Below, piece by piece: positions 46,553 to 56,505 of a stretch of 64,000 nt of DNA (position 1 is the stretch's first letter; every line of letters begins with the position of its first letter). Both the position numbers and the translations under genes were made by a program. Under the pieces are notes generated by a model that saw nothing but the letters and a program-made list of their open reading frames with translations, had not been told where the DNA came from and ran no database searches. Origin of the DNA: Candidatus Sumerlaeaceae bacterium (lineage in GTDB: Bacteria > Sumerlaeota > Sumerlaeia > Sumerlaeales > Sumerlaeaceae); contig JBPCLP010000020.1 in NCBI GenBank assembly GCA_051003195.1, positions 64,001 through 128,000 on the forward strand, in the 5' to 3' direction.

Positions 46553-48829
46553 TTGCAGTTTAACCCAGCCAGGAAGTCCACGCTTACCATGCTGTGCATC
46601 GCGACACTGCTCCTGGCAGGGTCGGCGCGCAGCAACGAAAGCGCGCTGCTGGTTCTGGCGAATCAGACGTTCATGGACGTCACGACGTCCCCAGCCGCAG
46701 AAAAGCCCTACAGCCAGCTAAACCCCGCACCCGCCGGCAAGGTTCAGCATTACCTGGATTTTCTCAACTCCCGGCTGGCCGTAATCCCGAACTACCAGGA
46801 CCCCCTCACCTACCCGATCGTTTCGATGTTCGACAGCGGAGTCGACAGCGGCAATCCGCTGTCACCCGAAATGCAGGAGCTGCGCAGGCTGGGAAACAGC
46901 GCGAATGCGAGCCGCTATGTTTTCAGCTTTGACCATCCCTGGCGTACGGTTGGAACTCCGTCCCCTGCCGAATCTTACGCGACACAGTACAACTCCACCA
47001 TTGAAGCTGGCATTCGCGACAACTATTGCCTGTTCAATGCGAGCAACCAGCAGCACGGTACCGCAATCGCAGCCATTCTGGCTGGATACCCGCGTACGGA
47101 TTCCAACGGTAATTTCGTTCTCGAGGATAATAGTGCGCTGCCGCCCGGTTATACGCTTCCGCAAAATGCCACACTGGACCCGGTGGGCAACACGTCGGGT
47201 TTCCGCAAGGGTTCGGGTGTATCGCCTTATGGGCGGTTCGGGTGCGGGAGCATCAATACGATTTTGCCAAACTGGGTGCTCGCCCCGTGTACAGGAGACG
47301 CAACGGATCCATTCCGGGCCGAGGACATAATCCGTATCACTGGCGAAATGCATCGTCGCATTTACTGGACGGACCACGGGCCTGCAGACTTCGTAACGAA
47401 TGCATTCCGCCCGCAACATACCGCGGTTCCGACTACGCAGACGATGATCGTGAACCACTCGGTCGGCATTGCGCCCATGACTCCACCGGCCAGTCCTCCC
47501 GGTGGCGCGGATACCGGTTTCGGAAGATTCTACTACGACGACATTGCGCGCGCATATGATCGGCTGACACGGGATGGCCGTCCGAAGAGCTGGTTTTCAA
47601 CGGACGCTGGACGCTGCCAGACGCTGTTTATCGCCGGGAGTGGAAACGATCTTAAGGTTGTCGACTACAATACGAAGCGCATGGAGGATTCGCTCTGGAA
47701 TCCGGGCCTGGCAAAGAACGTCCTTACCGTAGGTGTTTCGGAAACGTTCAACGTATACGCGGGCGAGCCTGTCGCAAATGCCGACGATGTAAATGGCTTA
47801 AACGGGCAGAACATCTGGCTGGGTTCGACCAGCAGCAAAGCCGGAAGCCCGCGATATATCAGTGCCAGGATTAAACCGGATGTTGTAGTACCGACTGCGG
47901 GGGCCTGGGCCCGGCAATTGGCACAACCAGGTGCCAGCCCACCCGAACCCATGATCTACAGCACGGCGAGCGGCAGCAGTGGCGCGCCGCCTCTTGCGTC
48001 GGGTACGGCGCAACTCGTGTGGGTCTGGTTGAAACAATACCACAATCGCACGGCCGACCCAAGCCCAGCGCTGCTGAAAGCTTACATCATCAATACTGCG
48101 CAGATGCTGAACGGCGCCCTGACGGGACCGTACGATTCGACGAACCCAACCAGCAACACCGTCGTGCCAATCCCAAACCCTTACCAGGGCTTTGGCCGTG
48201 TGAATCTCGACAGTGCCCTCGATACAGCCAAACGCTTCTTCGTCGACCAGGAGGTTGTGTTTTCAACCGCGGCCGGCGCATCGGACCGCATTCAATACTC
48301 GGGTGAAATCGCAGAGACAACTCGAACGCTCCGCATTACGCTGGTATGGACCGACGCCGTCAGCACCGTGAGCACCGCACGCTGGCAGGAGCTTGTGAAC
48401 AACCTGGACCTGCTTGTACTTGTCACACCGCCATCGCAGGCGCCCCAGGTGTACCTCGGAAATAATTTTAACCTGGCTGGAAATCTCGCGTACAGCCAAC
48501 CTGTCTCCTACGCTTCGAATGTGACGTTCAACGCGAATGACCCGTGGTTGTACAGCAGCAACGTTTCTGGCAACCAGGCAGATATTTCGAACAATGGCCT
48601 GAAAGACAACGCCAATAACGTCGAATGCGTTTTCCTTCCGTCGAGCTTCCCTGCCGGAACGAAAATACGTATTTCGGTTCGGCGCGCAACCATCAATGCG
48701 GATGCGCTGGATCCCTTCGCCGCTACTCCGGTCGCGGTGAACGCACGCAAGCAGGACTTTGCGCTGGTTGCATATAACTTCCTTCGTATCATTCCGACAG
48801 CTGCTGAGGCGTGGGAACTGTACGACTAG
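46553..48829 (+). CDS. Secreted S8 (subtilase) peptidase with C-terminal TAA..W.LY motif
   Basis: GGAGG RBS + TTG start and a signal peptide. FDSGVD, HGTAIA, GSGND, IKPDVV, SGSSGAPP, PSPALLKA, QGFGRV, ITLVWTD..NNLDL. Ends IPTAAEAWELYD. Confidence 0.88.
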   Translation: MQFNPARKSTLTMLCIATLLLAGSARSNESALLVLANQTFMDVTTSPAAEKPYSQLNPAPAGKVQHYLDFLNSRLAVIPNYQDPLTYPIVSMFDSGVDSGNPLSPEMQELRRLGNSANASRYVFSFDHPWRTVGTPSPAESYATQYNSTIEAGIRDNYCLFNASNQQHGTAIAAILAGYPRTDSNGNFVLEDNSALPPGYTLPQNATLDPVGNTSGFRKGSGVSPYGRFGCGSINTILPNWVLAPCTGDATDPFRAEDIIRITGEMHRRIYWTDHGPADFVTNAFRPQHTAVPTTQTMIVNHSVGIAPMTPPASPPGGADTGFGRFYYDDIARAYDRLTRDGRPKSWFSTDAGRCQTLFIAGSGNDLKVVDYNTKRMEDSLWNPGLAKNVLTVGVSETFNVYAGEPVANADDVNGLNGQNIWLGSTSSKAGSPRYISARIKPDVVVPTAGAWARQLAQPGASPPEPMIYSTASGSSGAPPLASGTAQLVWVWLKQYHNRTADPSPALLKAYIINTAQMLNGALTGPYDSTNPTSNTVVPIPNPYQGFGRVNLDSALDTAKRFFVDQEVVFSTAAGASDRIQYSGEIAETTRTLRITLVWTDAVSTVSTARWQELVNNLDLLVLVTPPSQAPQVYLGNNFNLAGNLAYSQPVSYASNVTFNANDPWLYSSNVSGNQADISNNGLKDNANNVECVFLPSSFPAGTKIRISVRRATINADALDPFAATPVAVNARKQDFALVAYNFLRIIPTAAEAWELYD

Positions 48830-48900
48830 ATTTCTGCTGACACGCTGTTTCAGGTACCCCGCACATCCTGCTCACCACGACCTGACAGGGAGAAGCTTTC

Positions 48901-49860
48901 TTGGGTGAATTACGCGCAGCAATTTTCGGATTTGGTTATGCGGCAAGTGAACATCGCAAAGGGTACGATGCGGCGAATGGAGCCAGGCTGGTTGCAATCG
49001 CAGACCAGACGGCAGAGCGCCTGAAGGCGCTCGAAGGAACAGACGTAACAGCCTTCCAGGACGTAGACGAGCTCCTGCGAACGATCCGTCCCGAGATTGT
49101 CTCGATTTGCACTCCCCCTTCCACGCATGCGAAGTTGACGGCGAAGGCACTTGCGGCAGGGGCGCATGTGCTATGCGAAAAACCACTGGCACACAATCTG
49201 TCCGATGCGCGGCGCATGCTCGACTCCGCGCGACAGGCAAAGAGGATTCTTGGCGTCGCGTTCTGCCACCGATTCGTACCGGCAATCCGCAAACTGAGGT
49301 CCCTGATTGAATCCAGCGCCATCGGTACACCGCTGCTTTATCGCAACCAGTTTTCAGCACGCTTTGAAGGTGTGGAAAAAACGTGGTTTTCGAAACCGGA
49401 GCTTTCGGGCGGCGGCACATTAATGGATACGACGGTGCACTCGGTTGACCTGTTTCGGTTTCTGATCGGTGAAGTGAACGCGGTGCGGGCGCTGGCCAGC
49501 ACGACACGGCCGGGTCTCACGGTAGAAGATACTTCCATTGTGCTGGTGCGATCCGCAAGCGGGTGTATCGGCAGCCTCGAGGCATCCTGGAATGTTGCAC
49601 CGGGCACATTCCTGATCGAGGTGCGCGGAACCGAAGGTGAGTTTATTTACGACTATGAGACCCTGCGCCGGCGTGGTGCTGCCGAAACATCCTGGCGCGA
49701 AGAGGCGGTGGATGCGCCAATGGGCGTGCGGTTCTGCGGCGAGATTCAGCACTTCATAGATGCTGTAAACGGTAACGCGGAAATGGAACTCGACGCCATG
49801 GAAGGACTACGATCCCTCGAAATACTGGAGGACGCCTATACCGATTTGCGGCGTCCGTAA
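48901..49860 (+). CDS. Gfo/Idh/MocA-family oxidoreductase
   Basis: GFGYAA, ICTPP..H, HVLCEKP, SGGGTLMD..VH. Confidence 0.92.
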   Translation: MGELRAAIFGFGYAASEHRKGYDAANGARLVAIADQTAERLKALEGTDVTAFQDVDELLRTIRPEIVSICTPPSTHAKLTAKALAAGAHVLCEKPLAHNLSDARRMLDSARQAKRILGVAFCHRFVPAIRKLRSLIESSAIGTPLLYRNQFSARFEGVEKTWFSKPELSGGGTLMDTTVHSVDLFRFLIGEVNAVRALASTTRPGLTVEDTSIVLVRSASGCIGSLEASWNVAPGTFLIEVRGTEGEFIYDYETLRRRGAAETSWREEAVDAPMGVRFCGEIQHFIDAVNGNAEMELDAMEGLRSLEILEDAYTDLRRP

Positions 49861-49884
49861 ATTTTTCGCGCGCACGAAGGGTGG

Positions 49885-50748
49885 CTAAAACTCTCGATAG
49901 ATACCCAGCGGAGTAAACGACACAGCCGGGAAATCCGGCGCGTGCGCGATGCGGAAGATCGTATTGACGTGCAGCGTGATGCTTTCGAAATTGTCGAGAA
50001 TCGCATTGCCGGTCGTCATCGGCAGAGTTGCATCCCGCCGTTCACGCAGTCGATTCACCTGCCCGAGCACTTTCCAACCGGCCTCGATCTGGAAACCATA
50101 TCGCTCATTGAGCTCAGACGGTGGATCGGTGAAGAAGGTGCGCTGCGCCGTTCCTACCAGCAGGCATTCGGGCGCTTCGGGATCCGGCATAATTTTAACA
50201 CGCACGCCCCCGCCAAATACCTTGGTAACGAACTCGGAAAACTGGTCGAGACGCAGCGCCTTCATGTCGGAGATCTGCTTCGCCTGGTCAATGCGCTGTT
50301 CTTCCAGGTGCTTCTTCTCGTTCTGAGTAAGCGAACTGCGCGCGGCCATCCAGTTCGCCATGTGATAGGCGGTTTTCATCAGGTCCGGAGTTGCCGCGAG
50401 GAACTCCGATGTGGCGTCGTAGTCGAGCACGCGGAATACTCCGCTGGTCGCAACGACCTGGCCGTCGGCAAAGTTCTCGGACAGCCACTGCTCACGTACA
50501 CCGTCGCCTTCTTTTGCGAAATCACGCACACGGCCTTGCCGCCGCAGTTCTGATTCGAGCAAACCAAACACGCGGTGCTGATGCGAAGCCTCGGGCTGTG
50601 GCGCAGAGGCGCCGGTGTTCGCGAGTTCCTGCCGCAAATCTTCGACGCCGCCCTCGGCACTTGAATCGCCGGGAGATATCTGCACGGCAAGGGAACGCAC
50701 CCGTGGCCAGTCCAGGTATATAAAGTCTCGCAAACGCAAATCGGGCAT
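49885..50748 (-). CDS. Hypothetical protein (DUF6414-like termini)
   Basis: Begins LRDFIYLD..RVRSL and ends TPLGIYRE. Fills the gap between the flanking genes. Confidence 0.7.
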   Translation of the reverse strand: MPDLRLRDFIYLDWPRVRSLAVQISPGDSSAEGGVEDLRQELANTGASAPQPEASHQHRVFGLLESELRRQGRVRDFAKEGDGVREQWLSENFADGQVVATSGVFRVLDYDATSEFLAATPDLMKTAYHMANWMAARSSLTQNEKKHLEEQRIDQAKQISDMKALRLDQFSEFVTKVFGGGVRVKIMPDPEAPECLLVGTAQRTFFTDPPSELNERYGFQIEAGWKVLGQVNRLRERRDATLPMTTGNAILDNFESITLHVNTIFRIAHAPDFPAVSFTPLGIYREF

Positions 50749-50877
50749 GACTGCTGCTCTCTTTTTAAGGTCCGTTCAGCGGAAGGGCTGGTGGCGAGGT
50801 GTAAAGCGGATAATAGAGCCGCGAGTTTTCAGATGATGTGGCAGGAACATATGGACCAGTAGAATCATAATTGAAAG

Positions 50878-51894
50878 TTGGCTGCACGCACGAGAATGTT
50901 ACCCCCGGCAAAGAACAGACGCACGCTACGCTCGCTGAGCCCGGCGGAGCTTGCGGCGCTCGCGATTCATATGGAGCAGGAAGAGGCGCGGCTGTACCAG
51001 GAATACGCGCGTCGGTTCCGGCGGCAGAACCGGATGCACCTTGCGGCGGAGATGGAAAGTTTGCGCCAGGAGGAACGGGAACACGAGACTCGGCTTGGCG
51101 AGGCTTACCTTGCGGAGTTCGCCGGCGAGTCGGAAGTGCCGCTGGTTCGACGTTCCGACCTCTCGGAATTTTCCGAATTGCCACCGCTTCCCGCCGAACA
51201 GGCATTTACGCCCAACGTGGCCATGGCGCGCATCCAGCAATCCGAGGGGCAGGCAGAGCGCTTTTATCGCTATGCGGCTGCGCACTGCGACGGATATGAG
51301 CGGCTGAAAGAGCTGTTCAGCGAGCTGGCCGAAGTGGAGGCCATGCACCAGGGCACGGAGCACCGCGTGTTGGCGGCAGCCCGGCTTGACGACCCGGAGG
51401 TGTCGCCGCAGAAAGCGCAGCACACCGAGCACGAGCGGTTTGTTCTGCAGATTGTTCAGCCCGGGTTGGTGGGACTGATGGATGGCTCCGTCTCAACATT
51501 GGCACCGCTGTTTGCAGCTGCGTTCGCTACCCACAAATCCATGGATGCATTTCTCGTGGGTGTGGCAGCCGCTGTCGGGGCCGGTATCAGCATGGGATTT
51601 GCAGAGGGAATGAGCGACGATGGTGCGCTTACCGGGCGCGGTAATCCGTGGATACGCGGCACCATAACGGGCGCCATGACACTACTGGGCGGAATTTTTC
51701 ATACGCTGCCGTACCTGATTAGCGATTTTAACACGGCAACCACATGGGCGGTGATCGTCGTTATTATAGAGTTGTTCGCGATCGCATGGATTCGCAACCG
51801 CTACATGCAGACGCCGTTCTGGCGGAGTATTGTCCAGGTGGTGTTCGGGGGCGGCATCGTCTTCGCAGCGGGCATTCTCATTGGGAGTGCGTAA
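50878..51894 (+). CDS. mbfA: Iron exporter MbfA (ferritin-like/rubrerythrin + VIT1/CCC1 domain)
   Basis: LALAI..EQE, EEREH, E.EAMH and VQPGLVGLMDGSVSTLAP, ISMGFAEG.SDDG.LTGRG. The start may be 50896. Confidence 0.9.
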   Translation: MAARTRMLPPAKNRRTLRSLSPAELAALAIHMEQEEARLYQEYARRFRRQNRMHLAAEMESLRQEEREHETRLGEAYLAEFAGESEVPLVRRSDLSEFSELPPLPAEQAFTPNVAMARIQQSEGQAERFYRYAAAHCDGYERLKELFSELAEVEAMHQGTEHRVLAAARLDDPEVSPQKAQHTEHERFVLQIVQPGLVGLMDGSVSTLAPLFAAAFATHKSMDAFLVGVAAAVGAGISMGFAEGMSDDGALTGRGNPWIRGTITGAMTLLGGIFHTLPYLISDFNTATTWAVIVVIIELFAIAWIRNRYMQTPFWRSIVQVVFGGGIVFAAGILIGSA

Positions 51895-52030
51895 GACTGG
51901 TGGATTCGGCGCCGGGAAGCAGTAATGCTTTTTTGAGCGCCGCCCCTCGACGACTCATGTCGCACCAGGTGTGCCGGCAGCGGAGTTTTACGTGATGGAC
52001 ACGTTCCCACGCCAGATCGTGCACTCGTGA

Positions 52031-54106
52031 TTATTTGAAGAGTAGTGCTCCAAAGGACTCGGGATGGTGCGTGTCGCCACTGAGCGGTGCTTTCGCCCAG
52101 CTTACGTACTCCTTGTCGCCTCCTGCAAATCGCCAGCGCCGCACATCCGCGCCCCAGCGATCCCCTGCCTTTGCCGTCGCTCCGAGATCGGACCATGGGA
52201 TCTTCATATCGACGCTCCAGCTTTTATCCGTACGGCTTGTTCGAATCGAGAGACTGGCGTTCCATTCGGATGCGGTCGCGCGCAAATCTCCGGTACCATC
52301 GTACCACGCACCTGCGGAGTTGACGATGATCTGCAGGTAACGGTCGGTTACACCCCGAGGACTGAGAAACAGTTCCACGCAGTCGTCCGTCCAGATTTTG
52401 CCATCGCGCGCCTTCTCTGCGCAACGCAGCGAATTCATTTTCGGCTCATCTGCCGTAATATGAAGCTGCAGGCCTGTATCGTCATAACTCATGCGAAACC
52501 GCGTGTGAATTCCCCCGGCCATTTCAAAAGATGTTTCGGTGCCTGTTCCATCACGTTTTGTCGCGCGGACTTCCGGGCCCGTTTCATTCGTACGGCCTTC
52601 CTCACGCGCAAGCTCGCGGAACGCACGCATTCCAAAGCTCGTGGGTGACCCCTGTGAATTAGTGGTAATACTTTTCAGCAGCTCGCGACGCAGGTCGGAA
52701 GTTTCGGGAGTGTTCAGCGTCATGGCAGATGCGAGACGCAGGGAAACTGGCGCGCTCGTCAGCGGTGCAGAATGCATTCGGCTGCGCCAGGAAGATGCCA
52801 CAGCCTGTGCGTCGCCGGCATCCAGTCCGGACTGCAGTTTGGTTTTCTTGCCCGTTGTGTTGCCGGAGATGATAACTTCGCCTTCGCTTCGGTTCTCGAT
52901 GCGCGGTTCACTGCGAAAGCGGTTGCCCTGAATGATTGCCGCCTCCACGTCTTCGCGCAGCTCGATATGTCGCGTACCAGTTCCAGCATCGAGAAACTCG
53001 CAGCCGTTTACAGTCAGACCGCCGCCGCTTGCGACAATAGCGGGAGCATGCGTGTGTTTTTTGTCCCACCACGTGAAATGACAGGCCGTGAATGAAACGT
53101 GTCCCGCTCCTGAGATCTCCGCATGCGAATCCGTTACGCCGTCCACGCCCCAGAATCCGCACGACGTAAACTTCACCGGGCCCGAGTTCGTATCCATGAC
53201 CTGCACACCCGCCATGATCTGCCCGTTCTCAAAAGAAACTCCAGCATGAGCCTGCACTGCGTCCACTTTAACTGCGAGGGGTCCAACATCCGACCCGCAC
53301 TGCGTCAGCACAGCGTTGCCCGGACCATCGTTCACCTGCGTAAAATGGAAGCCGATTGCATACGAGATGCAGAAACAGTCGCGCATGTACTCCCAATCGG
53401 TTTTCGCGATCTTGAATGCAGTTCCATGATCACGCGTGAAGCCCATCGCCTGCTCGGTCCAGAAGGGCCAGAAATGCACGTTCTCCACCCGGCCGACGTC
53501 GAGACATTTATCGATGAAGAGCCCGAGCTTCAGCGGCATACCATAAAGCCCGCTGATAAAATGCCGACCAGCGGGAAAAGTGCCGAAATCGACGCCCAGG
53601 TAAGGGTTCACCAGGAGTGTATCGCGAATGGAAATGTTGTCGCCATGCCCGCGCACGCACCACGGATACTCTACGATCTGGTCGGGTTTTTGGTCGGGAT
53701 AGAAAACCTGCACTCCGCGCAGGGTTGAGCAGCGGTTGAGCACGATAAAGGGCTCGGCGTGAGCATTCCCGCGGCCCTCTGTTGCAAGAAGCACGCTTCC
53801 GCTGCTTTCCGTGGTAGTGGGCGGCGCCTGGAAGGTTCCCTGCAGGCATACGTACGCTGGCACGTTGATGTGACCGCTGAACCTGTATCGGCCTGCGGGT
53901 ACAAAAACAATTCCGCCACCTTCAGCGGCCATCGCATTAAGCGCAGACTGGAAAGGTGCCGTGCAATCCGCCTGGCCGTTGCTGATCGCACCGTGATCCA
54001 GAACGTTGATCGTCCCGCTGGTGGTTACAGCCAACGCACTGGCTGCCGCCCCAATTACCATTGCAACGCAGGGCAGGCCCACACGTGCCTTTCTCAATGA
54101 AAACAT
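52031..54106 (-). CDS. Secreted pectin-lyase-like beta-helix protein with a C-terminal CBM9-like domain
   Basis: AGGAGG RBS and a signal peptide. NVLDHGA..NG..DCTAPFQ.AL...GGIVFVPAGRY. C-terminal WTDDCVELF, WSVDMKIPW, HHPESFG. Confidence 0.8.
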   Translation of the reverse strand: MFSLRKARVGLPCVAMVIGAAASALAVTTSGTINVLDHGAISNGQADCTAPFQSALNAMAAEGGGIVFVPAGRYRFSGHINVPAYVCLQGTFQAPPTTTESSGSVLLATEGRGNAHAEPFIVLNRCSTLRGVQVFYPDQKPDQIVEYPWCVRGHGDNISIRDTLLVNPYLGVDFGTFPAGRHFISGLYGMPLKLGLFIDKCLDVGRVENVHFWPFWTEQAMGFTRDHGTAFKIAKTDWEYMRDCFCISYAIGFHFTQVNDGPGNAVLTQCGSDVGPLAVKVDAVQAHAGVSFENGQIMAGVQVMDTNSGPVKFTSCGFWGVDGVTDSHAEISGAGHVSFTACHFTWWDKKHTHAPAIVASGGGLTVNGCEFLDAGTGTRHIELREDVEAAIIQGNRFRSEPRIENRSEGEVIISGNTTGKKTKLQSGLDAGDAQAVASSWRSRMHSAPLTSAPVSLRLASAMTLNTPETSDLRRELLKSITTNSQGSPTSFGMRAFRELAREEGRTNETGPEVRATKRDGTGTETSFEMAGGIHTRFRMSYDDTGLQLHITADEPKMNSLRCAEKARDGKIWTDDCVELFLSPRGVTDRYLQIIVNSAGAWYDGTGDLRATASEWNASLSIRTSRTDKSWSVDMKIPWSDLGATAKAGDRWGADVRRWRFAGGDKEYVSWAKAPLSGDTHHPESFGALLFK

Positions 54107-54213
54107 CCGAAACCTCCTGTAAAACTCGCGCGAAACTGCGGAACCATTTTTCGAAAGCAAGCCCCCTGACGCGCACGGCCACTAAAGATTCTACCCGGAA
54201 CGCGTGATTCCGG

Positions 54214-55632
54214 TCACCGCTGCTCCAGTTGCCGAGTCGCGACATCCAGCCACGGGTCACGAGATTCGCGCATCATGTCCAATATATTAGAAGTCAGTTT
54301 GTCGAGCGTCGCTTTGTGTCGGGAGTCTTGGGAAAGATTGCTTCGTTCGTTCGGATCACTTTTGAGGTCGAAAAGTTCAAGCCGCGGGCGGCGGAGGTAT
54401 TGCTGCACAGGGTGACCTCCTACCTGCCCGTGCGGATGCGTGAAAACAGCAGTCCAGCTGGGAGACCCCTCCAGGTCCCCGGCAATGGTAAAAGGCAGCT
54501 CGTTTGCAAGGTTCCAGATCAGTTTGTAATCGCGCGTGCGCACGCACCGCATGGGATAGTACATCGTGATTTCGTGGAACGTGTGCGATGCGTACACAGG
54601 CCTGTTTTTGTCGGCAGCCGGATCATTCACCGTCGAAAACAGGGATGTCCCACGCATTGCTTTTGGAGCTTGTAGTCCCGCCCAGTCGAGTATTGTCGGC
54701 GCGATGTCGATCCAGCTGACCATCGAATCGCTGCGAGTATTTGCGTGAACGGTGCCGGGTGCACGGACGATAAGCGGCAGACGGATGCCTGCATCATACA
54801 GGTTTGTTTTTGCGCCGGGAAACGGGATCCCGTTATCACTCAAAAAAATGACAAGCGTGGAAGAGGTGGCGCCAGCCTCGTCTATCGCGGAAAGAATCTG
54901 AGCGACGGATCGGTCGAGATTGTTAACGCTTTCGCAATAGGCGGCGTAATCTCGCCGCACCTCGGGCAGGTCCATCAGGAAATGGGGCAGAGCGCCGTCG
55001 TATCGCAACGTATTAGTGGTATGTGCGTCCGGTTGGTTTGCCGGAAAATGAGACCCCAGGCGATGCGTATCGCTGAAGCCTATCGTGAGAAAAAAAGGTG
55101 CGGTTCCTACTGAGGAGAGAAACTCGCGGGCGTGCCTCCCCAGTGCCTGCGAATCCCGGCCGAGTTTTTCACCAACACGAAGATCGAACGGGTACACAGC
55201 GTCGGGTCCAAGGTGGTACTTTCCCACCATGCCTGTGCGATACCCGGCCTCGGAAAGAATTTTCGGCACGCTTTGAACTTCCGGGCGGGTCTGCTGATTG
55301 TGCGCAGCGTGCGACAGGCCATACTGTCCGACCGCGTGGTTGTACCGGCCCGTCATAATCGTGGCGCGGCTTGGGCTGCACGACGAGACCGCAGCGAATG
55401 CGGACGTAAATAACACACCTTCCCGCGCGAGCCGGTCAATCGTTGGCGTCTGAACTGCCTTGTTGCCGTAGCACCCCGCGTCCAGGCCATGGTCGTCCGA
55501 AATCAGAAGAAGTACATTGCGGGTAGCGGAACTGTCGGACGCGGCAATTGCGGTGCCTGATGCCTGCATTGCGATGATGATCCCGAGCACTCCAAGATAT
55601 AGTGCCCGGGAGTGTTGAACGGCCATTAGCAT
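54214..55632 (-). CDS. Sulfatase (N-sulfoglucosamine sulfohydrolase-like)
   Basis: NVLLLISDD, CSPSRATIMTG (CxPxR), GKYH, SDNG, HTFHEITMYYPMR. Confidence 0.93.
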   Translation of the reverse strand: MLMAVQHSRALYLGVLGIIIAMQASGTAIAASDSSATRNVLLLISDDHGLDAGCYGNKAVQTPTIDRLAREGVLFTSAFAAVSSCSPSRATIMTGRYNHAVGQYGLSHAAHNQQTRPEVQSVPKILSEAGYRTGMVGKYHLGPDAVYPFDLRVGEKLGRDSQALGRHAREFLSSVGTAPFFLTIGFSDTHRLGSHFPANQPDAHTTNTLRYDGALPHFLMDLPEVRRDYAAYCESVNNLDRSVAQILSAIDEAGATSSTLVIFLSDNGIPFPGAKTNLYDAGIRLPLIVRAPGTVHANTRSDSMVSWIDIAPTILDWAGLQAPKAMRGTSLFSTVNDPAADKNRPVYASHTFHEITMYYPMRCVRTRDYKLIWNLANELPFTIAGDLEGSPSWTAVFTHPHGQVGGHPVQQYLRRPRLELFDLKSDPNERSNLSQDSRHKATLDKLTSNILDMMRESRDPWLDVATRQLEQR

Positions 55633-55653
55633 TATCCTGTTCCTGGGTTGCCT

Positions 55654-55790
55654 GCGGATGCGTTGTCAGGGTCTCAAAATGTCTCCTTTCTGCTTTCAAG
55701 TTTTCAACTTGGTAATTTCGCCACTTTAAAAACCGTAATCTTTCTGTAAGTCTTGCTCCTCTTCGAGTTCGTCTTCGTCCGTAGATTTCC
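55654..55790 (-). repeat. Dispersed repeat family B copy 3
   Basis: The reverse complement matches 21552-21683, including GTGGCGAAATTACCAA, CTTGAAAGCA.AAAGGAGA and GACCCTG.CAACGCA. Confidence 0.85.
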
Positions 55791-55914
55791 CCTTATTGAA
55801 AACTATGCAGCCCCGAACGCCGTGACAGTTGGCAGACGGACTTCTGCGCCCAATCGCGTGGCATTTTACGTCCTTGCGCTCGGCGGGAAAAGCCGCCCAT
55901 CGCGCAAGGAAGCC

Positions 55915-56068
55915 GAAAATCCACGGCCTCGGCGAAACCTTACGCGAGGATTACCGTTTTTCAGGTGGCGAAATTACCCATTTTCGGCCAACTTGATTTA
56001 TCTGCAAGCCTTTCAAGCTTCTACACAGCCAACTTGAAAAAAACTTGAAAAACTTGAAAAACTTGAAA
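55915..56068 (+). repeat. Family B copy 4 followed by AACTTGAAA x4
   Basis: GCGAAACCTTAC...ATTACCG..TTCAGGTGGCGAAATTACC, then the 9-mer at 56031, 56042, 56051 and 56060. Confidence 0.8.
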
Positions 56069-56134
56069 GCCTCCAACCGCAGTCGCCCGCGCACTCGGAT
56101 CCTCACATCATTCGTCGTTATTCGTGCGCATCTG

Positions 56135-56392
56135 AAGTTCTGGGGGCAGGTGCGGAACGGTTCCGAAACCTGGCAAACTCGCAGGTGATGCGTAAAAGGA
56201 ATTGCCGGGGTTGTACGGTGCGGCACGCGGTGACGCACTCCCAGGGCGGTGTACGATTTTTGTTCGCGTGCGTGGTCGTTTGGCCGGGTCGGGATGGATC
56301 AGACGCGTGGTGCGACCTGGCGCGATGGTGAAATCATTAAACCCCGAGGAAACGGAGGAGAAGTTCTGGGGCAGCTGCGGAACTGCTCCGAC
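56135..56392 (-). repeat. ~260-bp non-coding dispersed repeat, family A copy 2
   Basis: The reverse complement aligns to 6256-6524. Confidence 0.9.
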
Positions 56393-56505
56393 ACCGGATC
56401 GAAACTGACTAACCGGGCCCGGTTGATGTTTCCCCAATTTTTGGCGCCGATATGAGTCTATTTTCCCGGGATCGGGATGAAGGTTCCGCAGACTTCGCGA
56501 CCAGG

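Noticed and set aside
56031..56070. CRISPR-like repeat ends (..TTGAAAG)
   Set aside because: These are contiguous 9-mers without spacers. There is no regular repeat-spacer period and no cas gene in the window.
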